From positions 11,842,001-11,906,000 of the forward strand of contig NC_135252.1 of NCBI RefSeq assembly GCF_964204865.1: a DNA stretch of 64,000 nt, written 5' to 3'. Within the stretch, counting starts at the first letter, position 1; the number at the start of each line of letters is the position of its first letter. This document shows positions 50,512 to 63,007 of this stretch, in pieces. A program made the position numbers and the translations under genes. The DNA is from Styela clava. Taxonomy: Eukaryota. Under the pieces are notes generated by a model. The model was not told the DNA's origin. It saw only the letters and a list, made by a program, of their open reading frames with translations, and searched no databases.

Positions 50512-53120
50512 ATTAATATTATATATATACTGTAAATATATATTATTGAACCTACGAATATGATATAACTTTGTAAGAATGACTTGTACATATTTAAGAG
50601 TTTCATATGTCTCGAAACATTTTCCAAAATTTGGCAACTGCATTTTGTATTGCCAACACATTAGAAAAGCATGTTCATCTGCTTTTTGGTCGTTTCATAT
50701 AGGCCTATAGATAGCATATTACAAGATGGTTTCACTGGCTATCTAAAGCAAGATTTAAAGATTCTTGTATTTTCGTCGTTTTAAGCATCAAGCAGGGATT
50801 GCAACAAGACAAGATCTATATTGCCATAAAAAAAAAATTTCCCGATAAAAGCCAACTGCGACATTTCTACTTCATACTTTCTTTATCATACCAGAAACTA
50901 TCAGAAATATCTGTAGATGATAATTAAATTAGTGGGCAGAGGTACGGCATCTCAATAATGCCTAATACACGTGAACATTTCGTATTTAAATATTTAACGT
51001 CACGAGTGCATGGAGGAATAAATGAGAGGACGTCGGAACGTGATAGAAACTGCATACAATCCTACTTCCGGTATGAACGCAGTAATTATCGGTTGTTTTG
51101 AAAAAATTTGAAAAAAACAGTCACATCACCATTGTCAATTACGTGTAAGCTGTCAGTACCGCATTGTTGTACAGCTTTTGCAACGAATCACTGTGCGATT
51201 TAAAATTGTTTTGAAATTGCAAAAATGTTGGTATGACTAACTAGATAACGTTCCGCTAATTTTGTTGATCATTACTCTTGAAATGCATATTTTGAAGCCC
51301 TTTACTTGTTATATGTCAAGATTGCGTAGTTTTTATTATCAAGTTTTCCGTTTTCCAGATCAACTTGACATGCAGTCCTTTATTCAAATATCGTGTGAAG
51401 TTACTCGACAAATTAACACGTTCAAGGTGGATATTGTGTTCGTCTGCTATATTACGACGACCTACACAACATGCAATATTATTTAATTTAAAGCAGTATG
51501 CATCATGTCTGGTAAACTACGTGAAACGTATACCTAATAAGGAGAGTGAAGAAGGCAGTCATTGTGTATGGTGTATACGTTTGCCAAGAGCAGAGTGATG
51601 TCGTGCATTTTAGAGCACTATCGTAATACGTAACTTTACTGAACATCCACGTGCTATAGCAGTGGTTTCCAACCTTTTTCAATAAATTTCGTCCTCTGCT
51701 TATTTCGGATCCCTTCATTTCTCCCTCACTACGTATATAAATTCTTTTTCGTTATTTGTTCAATCTATCCTTAGCAAGTTCTACGCACAATTTGAACTCT
51801 GGCTTTTGCAGTGTTTGAATAGTTTATAACACATCCATAAATACGTTCTATGGTAATATTTTTAGAACTAAACAATATTTATGAAACTACACAAAATGCA
51901 AAGTGATATTTCCTTCTCAAGAACATCAAAATTTCTTCGTGAGGAAGAATTCCTTCCCGATGGGGAAACGTTGTACCATAGAGTCCGTGTAAAATAATTA
52001 AATAGTATGATTTTATATTATAAACCCACGATGTAGATAACTGTATACTCTGACTGCTGTTCTGAGTCCAGTAAGCAATGGAATATGTACGAGTAGCGAT
52101 CAAATTTTTTCTTCATTATATATTTAGAATGTGAAAAAGATAACATTTTCATGGCCCACCCTGTATATATAGGGCTGGATCATGCCTTTCGGGTGCCCTA
52201 AGCACTTGAGACTTTAGTGCCCTATATAGAAAAAAAATAGTAATAGGGAAACAATGTTCCATGTTATCTGAAATTGAATAAGTTTCAGTATGAATATTTC
52301 CCCTGGAACCGATTTCTTCGTTTATTTCGTAACAATGACCAATCAGCAATGACGTTGTGACAATTGAAATTTGTGTGACCCTTCAGCAGGGCCGGATTCA
52401 GACAATTAGAAGCCCTATGCTATGCAATTTACGAGGCCCTTCCTTAACAATGACGTAACAATAATCCATTATGGCTTCATAATAGACATTTCACGGTTAT
52501 GTAAAAGTGTGATATGACGTCATGAATAAAAATTTTAATTGCGTGAGATACAAAATTTTTACTACAGGTAAGAAGAGCACGCTAATCACCCAAGTAAATT
52601 AAATAGTAGGTTAAATATAAGAACATTTTAACAAACTCAAGCTGTAATAAAACTTCATGGCACCAGAAATCCAACGCCATAATACCCGTTTATAGTCGCG
52701 AGAGGTGGGAAGACACGGCTCAGAAATTTTGAACCGGTCTTATTATAAAACAAGCCTTTTCAGTTTTAAAACGATTTGGAAATGATTGATACTCCAAATT
52801 TAATGTCGAGGCCCCTAAGCTTGCCTATTGATAAATCCGTCACTCAGACATTTTATTCGCTCAGACCGATATCTAAGAATCATTGTGCGCATTGCTTCGT
52901 TTTAGTGGTTTTGCGTGTTATTTGTCAGTTTCAGTCAACTAACAGTTAGTACTTGCAAGTGGCACGCGGTCAGATAGTTTCAATAAAAATTAAACATGTA
53001 AACCAGTTCGCATTCGTAAGCGTCAACTCTCTCAAAATAAGTATCAAAATTATCGCAATAGTGAAATATAGGGAAAATTTTCCGGGGTCAAGGGTCGGGG
53101 AAAGTCAATTCAGTACTAAT

Positions 53121-55556
53121 AGACCTTATTCATTAAAAAACCCATCCTACGCGAAAAAAAATAAAAGTGATGTAAAAATTTTTTTTTAACATTAGCTCTT
53201 ATGGGAAATGTGATCACCAGAGCAGAAATTTGCATTTTTCGTAATTTTCTAGATATCTTTCATTGTATACGTGAGCAGTTTTGAGGATAGAATATTTTTT
53301 ACATCTTTTTTGATATTTTTATAATGATAAACATGGTCAAGATTTTTGATAATCGTTCATTAAAATTTTAATGAGCGCGGTGTTTCCAATGACGTCATTC
53401 TCACTAGACCATGAGATTCTGCCAACGCGCCGGGCTCTGTGGGATATGCGCTGCAAATGCGGCCCTAATGTCGCTTTGGGTCCGTGTCCGTCCGGTACTG
53501 GAAGCGTTTAACATTGACAATCTATAACCCGTACCATTTCTATCACGTTTGTTTACTGGTTTTACGCATTTATACCTGTACAGCTAGCAATCATTTACTA
53601 CCGGTACCGTACCAAGGCTGCAAGAGGTGAAAACTAAATTATTTAGTAAATACTGAAATAGGCCTACCAACAAAAATGTTGGCCATCTTGCCAATAGGCA
53701 GGACCCGTTGTACGGTACCTGTATACAAAAAAGATGAATATATCCAACCTATCATGGTACAATACCGGTCTCGTAACTAGGTTAAAAAGCATGACTGAAT
53801 ACGAGAGGGAGATTTATTTTGTCAACCAGAATACAAGCATTGAATCAATAAAAATCATATACAAAACACACAGTTATTCGGTATAGACTGGGGAGCGATA
53901 CGACCATCACAGTCAGCTCCCCCCTGCCCCCCATGTTTGCTATCAAGATTAACAGTTATTTAAGATGTTTTAACAAAAACTCCTCGGAGGAAGGGTTGAC
54001 TAAGTTACGGAATATTTTTGGATTCGGTTAAAAATGTAGTCCATTATTAAACACTGCTTTTTTTTGCAGATTTTCACTTAGTGGACACTTAGCAAGTACG
54101 ACAGTTAATTTATAAAAAAAATTGTAAATTAATAACAAATCAGTAGAAGTCAGCTCGGGTATTCAAACATGTGATGATTGAAGTGAGAAAAAAATTTGAA
54201 GTCACGTTTAGGATATTACATTAAACAACAATGGAAAAGGTACATTGGAATCAGTCAAGCTTCAAATGCTAATGGCATTAATGAAAAGAATATGCGAAAT
54301 GAAGACTGAAGTTTCCATCTGAGACATTGGAAGACGCTAAAACCTTATAGACTTGATAGTGTGGAAAGCCTTCTCACAATGCAGTAATAATGGGACATAT
54401 ATTTATATCATTATACAGGCTTCAAGTTGAACTATATGTTTAATTAAAATATCTATCTTTGCTAATAAATGCGGAAAACCATTTATTTCAATCTGCTGAG
54501 TGATTAGGGCTAGAAATTTGCTGTAGGGACCATCACCAGGGCTGGATTTACCAATAGGCTAGGCAGGCTGAAACCTAGAGCCTCGAAATTCGGTTTCAAA
54601 GTTTTTAATTCTTTTGAAAACTTGACAAGTTTAAACCCTACAAAAAGTATATATATATATCAAGCTTTTTAGAGTAGAAAATTCTGTATACAACAAGTTT
54701 CAACCACATTGTAAACAGCCATTATTGCGCCGTTTGCATCATAATAAGGGAAATTATTATTATGCGCATTCTGCTGGAAGTTTCTATGTTAAAGTATGGC
54801 TGTAGCGGTTGTTTGATCAAAGAAATTGAAAGCAAAACTGCCTCAAGTAAATTATCATTCTTTTAATTAAAAATTCACACCCATGAATGGGGAGAATGAA
54901 AAGTTTAATGCTTTCATATTTTTAAATTTTAAGCAATTAAATGTGGTGTTGTTTAGAGAGAAATTCTGAGCTCAAAAATATGAAGGGTCTCTCATGGTCT
55001 GAATCCAGCCCTGAACATCACCAATTTTGGGATAGGTACCGTACGTGGTAGGTACCGTCAACATATGAACTGAGTTAGGCCATTGGATTTTGAAAAGGTG
55101 TACCAGAAATGTACATGGAATTCATGAAATATATAACATCCAATTAAAACCAAAATAGGTCTTTCGTTGAACGCCAGTTGTGGTCCCGGTACCGGTATTC
55201 CAGTATTCTGTTATCACAAGCAGTTGGAGCACATATTCCACAGAGCACGGCGCGTTGGCAGAATCTCATGGTCTAGTGAGAATGACGTCATTGGAAACAC
55301 CGCGCTCATTAAAATTTCAATGAACGATTATTAAAAATCTTGACCATGTTTATCATAATGAAAATATCAAAAAAGATGTAAAAAATATTTTATCCTCAAA
55401 ACTGCTCACGTATACAATGAAAGATATCTATAAAATTACATAAAATGCAAATTTCTGCTCTGGTGATCACATTCCCCATAAGAGCTAATGTTAAAAAATA
55501 TTTTTTTACATCACTTTTTTTTTGCGCGTAGGATGGGTTTTTAATGAATAAGGTCT
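53121..55556. mobile_element. 2.4-kb non-autonomous DNA transposon with ~340-bp TIRs (ISL2EU/Harbinger-like, tentative)
   Basis: 53121-53460 is a near-perfect reverse complement of 55220-55556; termini AGACC...GGTCT flanked by AT on both sides; no internal ORF. Confidence 0.88.
54537..55013. mobile_element. hAT (Tip100-like) MITE nested in the long-TIR element
   Basis: TIRs CAGGGCTGGATT / AATCCAGCCCTG; TSD ACCATCAC/AACATCAC; related ends at ~52170 and ~52388. Confidence 0.82.
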
Positions 55557-56128
55557 ATTGAAGACCAAGTTAGAAATCTTCCACATATTTTTATCGCTTC
55601 CAAACATTTATAGAGAGGTTTAAGATGATACTTGAGAAAAACAATAAGCATACATTGATTTTAACATGTTTAAGGTCTGACCAACTCAAATTATTGGACA
55701 CGTAATGGGACCTATGGATCGCTTTGTTATTATGTTGTTCTTGTTCTTTGCGTTACTTCCTATCGTTATGAAAAAATCGCCTTTCTCTTCAACTATTGGA
55801 CCAATTGCTTTGAAATTTCTAGTGGTCAAAGATTGATTTATTTCAAATGTTTTTGTGAGCTGTATGAAATACGGTTTTTGTGTGCCATGACGTCATCAAA
55901 AATTGCCACCTTGTGGCTGTTACACGAACGTATATCAGCGGATCTTGTGCGCTGCGAAGTCGGTGGATCGCGTGCTTAGCGAAAGTGGAAGGTTTTCTAT
56001 GGGGAACAATGTACTGCGGTACCTGGTCTGGTAATACAGAAGTGACTCGGATCAGTTGGTATTTCAATTTACGTTTAAACTGAATCATAAAGCTATGACA
56101 GTTCCTGTACCGTCACCGGTATCCCGGG

Positions 56129-59100
56129 TAGGGATGGCGGAATCGACTCCGGATTCGAGTAGAATCGACTCCGGTGCATTGGAATCGATTCGTAGGGTTA
56201 AAATTTGAATTGCAAACAGTGTATAATGTTCTGTGACAAGTTCTTCACATATATGTATAAACTGATATGTGGAATTGCTATAACGGCGAAAACTTGACTA
56301 TATTTCTACAATGTCCTTCTCGCTCGTTTGCGCGGGTTGAGGGCACATGCCACATTAGGACCATTCCCGTATAATTTCTCCTATTTATTGCGTTCATTAC
56401 TCCTATTTACTTGGAGCAAGGGGTATCAAAAATAGGTAAAAAAATTCAGTTGCAGTTTGAGGTAAAAAATTTTCAGAGATGGAACAGTCTGCAGTCCAAT
56501 AGACCAAAATAGCAAATGAACTCTTCCATAGAAATAATTAAGCATGTATTGAAAATCTGATCAGTGATGGTATGGGTAGCTCTGAAGTGACTGGCGGTGA
56601 CATTGATGAATTGACCAGAGAGGTGGAGGCTTCAGCTGAGATATCGAAATATTTGAATGACAGAACTCTTGTCATATCTGCGACCCACAAAAAATGTTGC
56701 AATGTTGGCAACAAAACAAAAACGTATATATCCAAACATCGCAAGTTGGTATCCAAAACTACCTTTGTATCCCAGCAACATCCGCTGCATCAGAATGAGC
56801 ATTTAGATCAGAGGAGCTTTTTGTATCCGAATTCCGATCGAGCTTACAGGAAGACATGTGAACCAATTGAACTTTTTGCTATAGGCCGCGAGCCGAGGCC
56901 CTGAAAAACGCCTAGAAAGTGAGTTTCGTAGCGCACATCAGGTTACTACCTAAAAATGATTTCAAAATGTTCCTTAAAAATTTAGTAACAAATATTGCCT
57001 TGTTCCCACTTCCAAAAGTTGCACGTTTTACGGAAAAGACGCTTTTACTACAAGAAATATGTGCTACGATCTGTCCTATATTCTCTACATTTCCGGCAAT
57101 GAATAATGACTTCTGCATGACGTAACAATTGAATCGAATCAGCTGTTAGCGAGCGGATGAATCTTAGTTATTACTGCTCGATCTTGCGTTGAGTTGGGCA
57201 GCCTTTCCATAGCCCTCTTTAGTTATTATTAGTTAAGTTATGCTAAGACGTTGTTAAAATGTATAATTAGGTTATTAAACACTTGTAGATCCTTACCATG
57301 GATATGGGCCGTGAGACGAAGCCTTGAAAACGCCCAGAAAATGAGTTTCGTAGCGCACTTCTGAAAACTAAATAAATTCTTCAGTTTTGTGTGAAAATGA
57401 ACATACTGAACGCATTACAGCTTGTTCCACAATCCTGATGCGAAATTGAATATAACAGGTTCCCGGAAATTCAATAACCATAAGTTTACAACACATACAT
57501 AAGAACAATGCAATTCGAGAGCCCTACAGCACACTAACACAAATGTATTCCTGTAACGTTTTGTCTGACCAAAATCAGACTTCCTCAATCATAATTTATT
57601 AGGTAGATCACGAAAAATATGGCATACATGTAACCAACAACAAAATACTTTAATTGTGTGACAAGAGTCGCGAGTTACCTCGAAAGGTCGAATAAATTTT
57701 ATGTAATAACCACAAGAAGTTTACAACAAGAACAGCATAAAAATCTACATTCATTTATAGAAGCTATCAAACGTATTTATTTTTAAGCAATGAAGTCACA
57801 AATTAACATCGTGAGCACGAAAACACAAATAAGTCAGTTATTTCTCACTTAGAAATTTACCGGAAAAGTCACGAAAATTAAATGAATGTACAGTATGTAC
57901 ATAACATAGTGAACAAAAATATTACAATTAGTCTTTTTTTGGTTTATGTGGTTATGTATTTGAACAAAGGCAATATTATTTCTAGAAACAGGACTACGAC
58001 ACTAACAAATGTCCGAAAAAACAAACAAATAAATGATACTTATTAAATCAACTGCAATATCTAATTCACTTTCTTCTGAATTGTTTTCGAAATCCACTAT
58101 CTCGAAAATCGACTTTTCCTCTATAAGTGTACTGTGATTTTTGCAGTCAATACAAAAACAAAAATCTGTGCAATTTAAGTTGATTTTGCCACACTTGCAC
58201 AAATTATTTTGACTATTTTTCTTACACTTGCAGTTTGCCAACTTAAGAACTGATTTGAGGGCCACATGCTTCTTCAGTGAATCATTGTTGGGTGGAGAGT
58301 ATAATCCTTATGTTTGCCAGTGTTAAATAGACGTGCCCTGGTATCATTTACATTCTTCATATCCTCTTTATACAGTAAACAAACAAATCCTCAGCTTTAT
58401 TTATTAATTCCTCGTTAACCTCAACAGATCTTCATAGTTGAGAAAAAAATGAATTGAAAACCTCAATGAAGTCTCCAACATGAGTTTGAGGAGCAGTTCC
58501 AATTGCAGAAAAATGCTGAAGTATTTCAATATGAAAACCCCTCTAAGCTGTTTGCAACTATTATGATTCTCATTTACCTTTACGGTTCAAGACTTCTTGT
58601 TTAATCCATTTTATAGCACTGATACCAGCAGGGATTGAAGCCTGCGTTAGGTCGGATTGGTGGAACATTGCAGTTTTCTTTTGTAGTACAGTATCTAAAA
58701 TGAGGAAGAAAATCATATTTTGAACAGCATGAGTGTAAAAATACCACTAAATCGCTTCGATCTCTCAATCGCTTTCAATGCTACTTTCTTTCCACGGCAT
58801 AACTTATCATTGCTTCCCAGGTTCTTGTCAACCTTATGAATTCAGATTTAGACCAACCGACATTAGTAAAATTGATTATTTTCTTCTCTTTCACATAACC
58901 GTGCATTACAGAAACTAATAATAACTGAAAAAAACTATGGAAAGGCTACCCAACTCAACGCAAAAGCGAGCAGTAGTACATCTGATATTCATCCGACCAC
59001 GGGAGATCCACCTACAGCTGACTAATTTGATTGTTACGTCATGCAGAAGTCTGCGTTCATTGGCCCATGATACCGGAAAAGCAGAGAAAATAGGACAGAT

Positions 59101-59600
59101 GGTAACACATATTTATTGTAGTAAAAGCGTCTTTTCTGTAAAACGTGCAACTTTTGGAAATGGGAACAAGGCAATATTTGTTACTAAATTTCTAAGGAAC
59201 ATTTTAAAATCATTTTCAGGTAGTTACCTTATGTGCGCTACGAAACTGAAAGATAAATGGCCTCGGCCTACTATGACATAAATTATTTGACACAAAGTGG
59301 ATATTTGAATTGTTTTGTTATTATATTTTTCGTTAAAATTCATTTTTTTGTTCTTGGTATTAAAAAATATCTCTTATCATTATCTACTGCACCAATTGCT
59401 AGAAAAATTTTCAGTGGTTCTCAAACCCATACTATTTAGTTTGGGCTTTCGTGTCCATATATTTGAACATCGCTTACTTGTTTAATTTGTTAGTATTGTT
59501 TAAGTGCGTATGTTTTCTCGGTAAGTTATGTCAAGAAATCGAAAATTTAGGAATCGGATAAGAATCGAATACTTGTAAGTACTCATACTTAGCATCCTTA
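56129..59600 (+). mobile_element. Decayed hAT (Ac-like) transposon interrupted by an Academ element
   Basis: TIRs TAGGGATG / CATCCTTA, GAATCG subterminal repeats at both ends, TSD ATCCCGGG/ATCCTGGG; decayed dimerisation domain EISKYL...WQQNK...CIPATSAASE*AF at ~56640-56815. Confidence 0.82.
56881..59275 (-). mobile_element. Academ-like transposon remnant with ~330-bp TIRs
   Basis: Inverted repeats 56881-57213 / 58935-59275. Minus-strand fragments FVCLLY..VNDTRARLF..(L)PPT..SL..H and CKCKK..LCKCGKINLNCTDFCFCIDCKN (58002-58390), typical of the Academ transposase C-terminus. Confidence 0.8.
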
Positions 59601-59771
59601 ATCCTGGGTAGTCCCGTTATCTCTAGGATTTATCCGTTTAGTCGAGTTGCAGTGTGGTGTAGTCGAGTTGTTCGTCTTTCGACACGGCTACTGGTTAGGG
59701 TACCAAGGAAGAGGGGGCATCACAGAGAAATCTTTAATGGTGCCTCAGGGACGCGCTCTTTTCGCTTGATG

Positions 59772-60056
59772 CAGGGGTGGGCAATTACTTTTCCAAGTAG
59801 GCCAGTTACAGGTAATAGACTCGGTTACTGAGCCGGAGGCTTAAAACTCAATATGAAAAACTATGAATAAAAACAGTTTATTTACATCAGCTAGCCTAAC
59901 GTTTATATAAAACAAAGACGCGCAATGTAACAACCAGGGCCATTATGACGTTATTTTTAAAGAAAATTTATATCCATAAAAACTATAGTCGCGATTTCAG
60001 CAGACACAAGTGGGCCGGTTGAAACACTTCGACGGGTCGTAATTTGCTCACCCATG
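59772..60056. mobile_element. hAT (Charlie-like) MITE, degraded
   Basis: Ends CAGGGGTGGGCAA / TTGCTCACCCATG; weak TSD. Confidence 0.65.
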
Positions 60057-61024
60057 GCTTTTATGGGTTATCCAGATCTGTGTATATGTAAAGTGTAAAC
60101 TCAAACTCGATTTATCACTGCGCATCTTTCAAATTTCCCCAAATTACTTTTCATGACAGAAGCACTTTATCTTCCATCCAGTTGAAAAGGGAATCCCCCG
60201 TTCATCTGCGGTCTGATGGTTCTTATATACAATCTCTAATAATTATCTTATCTCCAGCAAGAAATTTTAGTTATATTATTAGGCAAAACCGTACGGTACT
60301 CACCAACAATAACAGTAGTTTCATAAGCAAAATTCCCGATCTTTAGTCATTAGTACTTTGAGTGTTGCTTCTCGATGACCAGCTTTGGTTCCCCGCGACT
60401 TCCCTTCTCCAGGATTATATTTATTTAATACCATATGCTCGATTTTACTGGTTGAAAAAATTGAACTTGACTCGAGCAGACACATTGATATACCAGGCAG
60501 GGACAATAATCTCTTCTTTATCCTACTATCCGTGACTAACTATGAACCTATGTTCTTGTCAGTGTTCGCTTCAAAAACATTACATGCTGCTATTCTTATC
60601 GACTGTTTAGGACAAAAAAGAAACTCAACCAACTCTATTGGAGTCTAAGCTTTTCTGAACTAGATCAGAGCGAGCCCACGTGAAACGAGTAGAATGCCAT
60701 GTTCATCCAATCCTACAAACGCGAAACATATCAATCTAGTACATTTCATTTAGTATCATTGCGAATAGCTCAAATTCTGATCAGGCTAAACATCAAACCA
60801 ACAACTTTAACATTTCATTTTCAGAACTTGAATATAAAATTACAAACAGTCGTGAATGAACAACGAACATAACACGCCGAGTTCCCTATAGTATCGCACG
60901 CATAATTCTCAGCATTATTAGACACTGTATAATTGTTATTGTGGACAAAGACAGCGATCAAAGAAATGATTAGGGGGGAGCTTTTTTTATTCCATTTCAA
61001 CCCAACGAATTATCAGAAAATATT

Positions 61025-63007
61025 TTAGTTTTCATCATATCTTGGGTGAGGTAATTCATTAAGAGGTAAAGCCTGATATTTCGGAAACCTTCTTTTAAAC
61101 TTGATACGAACGAAAATACCCACTGCCAAACCTATGACAAACAGAGATATACATAAAAGGACAAGAACCGCGGCTGTGGAATTTTTACCAGACGCCCAAG
61201 ATGGAGAATGTTCGCCAGGTGAAGTGCTATTGAGAGTAAACATTCCAGAATCAGTCGTAAAGTGACTAGGTGTGGAATTTTTACCAGGCGCCCAAAATGA
61301 GGAATGTTCGTCAAGTGAAGTGCTATTGAGAGTAAACATTTCAGAATCAGTCGTAAAGTGATTAGTGCGAACTCGTGTGATGTTGATACAAATTCGCCTT
61401 TCGTCGTCTGGGAAAATGTCTTTCAAATTCGGACATCTGCTACGGCATTTGTTTCCTACAAAAACATATATACCTCGACTCATATTACCGACTTTTGTAT
61501 GGTGTGCGAGACCGCATGATAAATAAAAAAAATCTGACGTGAGGGTGACCCAAAAAACAGATCCTATAAATTTCTTAATTATTTTTACAAAAATGAAGAA
61601 ATTTTATGTGACACTCGAACTTCGTTTGTGCACGATTGTACCCAAATGTTTCAGTAATCTGGGTCGCTTTGCAGAAAAGTCAAGTTTTCCCTGAAATATG
61701 TTCTAAATCTAAATGAATAATATGTTCCTGGGTTCTGTTTTTTTTTTTTTTTTTTGTGAGTATTTCTGTACATAATTGAATTTTACACAAAGGGTTCTAA
61801 TTCGAATATTCGTAACGTCCGAAACGCATCGGCTATAGACCTGGTCTTGGCGCTCCGGAAGTATTCGTACCAAGATGACGCACAGCCTGAACAACCTGGT
61901 ACACATACTATGTTCAGATTGTGCGCCATCTTAATACGAATACTTCGGGAGCACCCTGGTCTTACCAGCTGACACAAAGATAAGCTCTTTTTCTACCTAT
62001 TTCACTAATAGCAAACTCACCATATAAATAATATCCAATTCCACACTTTGTGCAAGCATTGACACCAAAACTAGTGCATGATTCACAAGTATGAAAGCAT
62101 GATCTACATTGATTTGTTCCGCGTTGAACATATGTCATATCAGGACACATTTCCAAGCAACTCCCAGCATACTCGAAGTATTCATCTATAACCAAAAACT
62201 TAATGTTATGTCCGCTAAAATAGACAACCCCTTAACTATCGATATAACGACAATATTGTAAAGCAACGGCCGTGAAAGAAAAAACGTTCCAGTCAAACAA
62301 TCCACCCGTTGCCCACAATCGAGAGAGACTACAATATTTAGTGAGGATAAAACAGCATATTTACATGCAGCTTAACCGGGTGATGCTGAAATACTAAATA
62401 ATTACGAAAGAGTCGTTAATGCTTACTACAGACTGACCGAGAAAATTGGATTGTTTTCTCTCTTATCATAAATTAAAATTCAGGTATCAGAATTCCCCGT
62501 TTGGTACATATTTTTACATAGTACACGTGGTGCAACTAGTCAAGAAAAATACTATAATACCTCCAATGAAGTTATGCTTTTACCACACTTAAAACGTTTT
62601 AACCGACATTTTTAGAACATGTTAATATGTCAAGATGTAAACACCTTCACACAGCAGACAATCGTCCATAGAATCGCAGTTTATGCAGGTTTCCCGGCAC
62701 TCTTCGCACGAGTTGGTAAGGTCAGAACTAAATTTTCCCAATCCACATTCGTTGTAATCGACGCAGGTCCCATTCATTAGATATTTACCAGGGATACATT
62801 TGGTGCAGATGTCGCTGTAACGATCACTTTGTTAGATATATGCGGGGATCTCAACATCAATTACTCAAAATGCAAGACTGTATATACTTAAACTTGAATT
62901 AAAAAAAATCTACTACCTTTGACATTTTTCACAAAATTGTGGGCAAACTGTGTTCCGCTTCCTCCGCTGGATTATGTCGTTCCATCGATCTAGTTTGTAG
63001 CGCCATC
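61025..63007 (-). CDS. Type I membrane protein with ~3 furin-like (FU) Cys-rich repeats; 5' exon(s) not resolved
   Basis: Phase-consistent exons 63007-62917, 62814-62645, 62185-62021, 61455-61025. RRKR then CPQFCEKC..CTKC..; CRETCINC..; CFHTCESC..CTKC; TM AVLVLLCISLFVIGLAVGIFV; basic stop-transfer; cytoplasmic YQAL. Confidence 0.82.
61175..61366 (-). repeat. 96-bp (32-aa) tandem duplication in the juxtamembrane stalk
   Basis: HFTTDSEMFTLNSTSLDEHSSFWAPGKNST / HFTTDSGMFTLNSTSPGEHSPSWASGKNST. Confidence 0.93.
61849..61955. mobile_element. Merlin-like MITE (short form)
   Basis: GGCGCTCCGGAAGTAT...ATACTTCGGGAGCACC with perfect 8-bp TSD CTGGTCTT. Confidence 0.9.

Noticed and set aside
58002-58265. 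Tesmin/metallothionein-like host gene
   Set aside because: Lies between TIRs with frameshifted transposase motifs upstream; better explained as an Academ remnant.
56912-59281. Paralogous small proteins (..KRATFGxGNKAIFVTKFLRN..)
   Set aside because: Chance translations of the two TIRs of one transposon.
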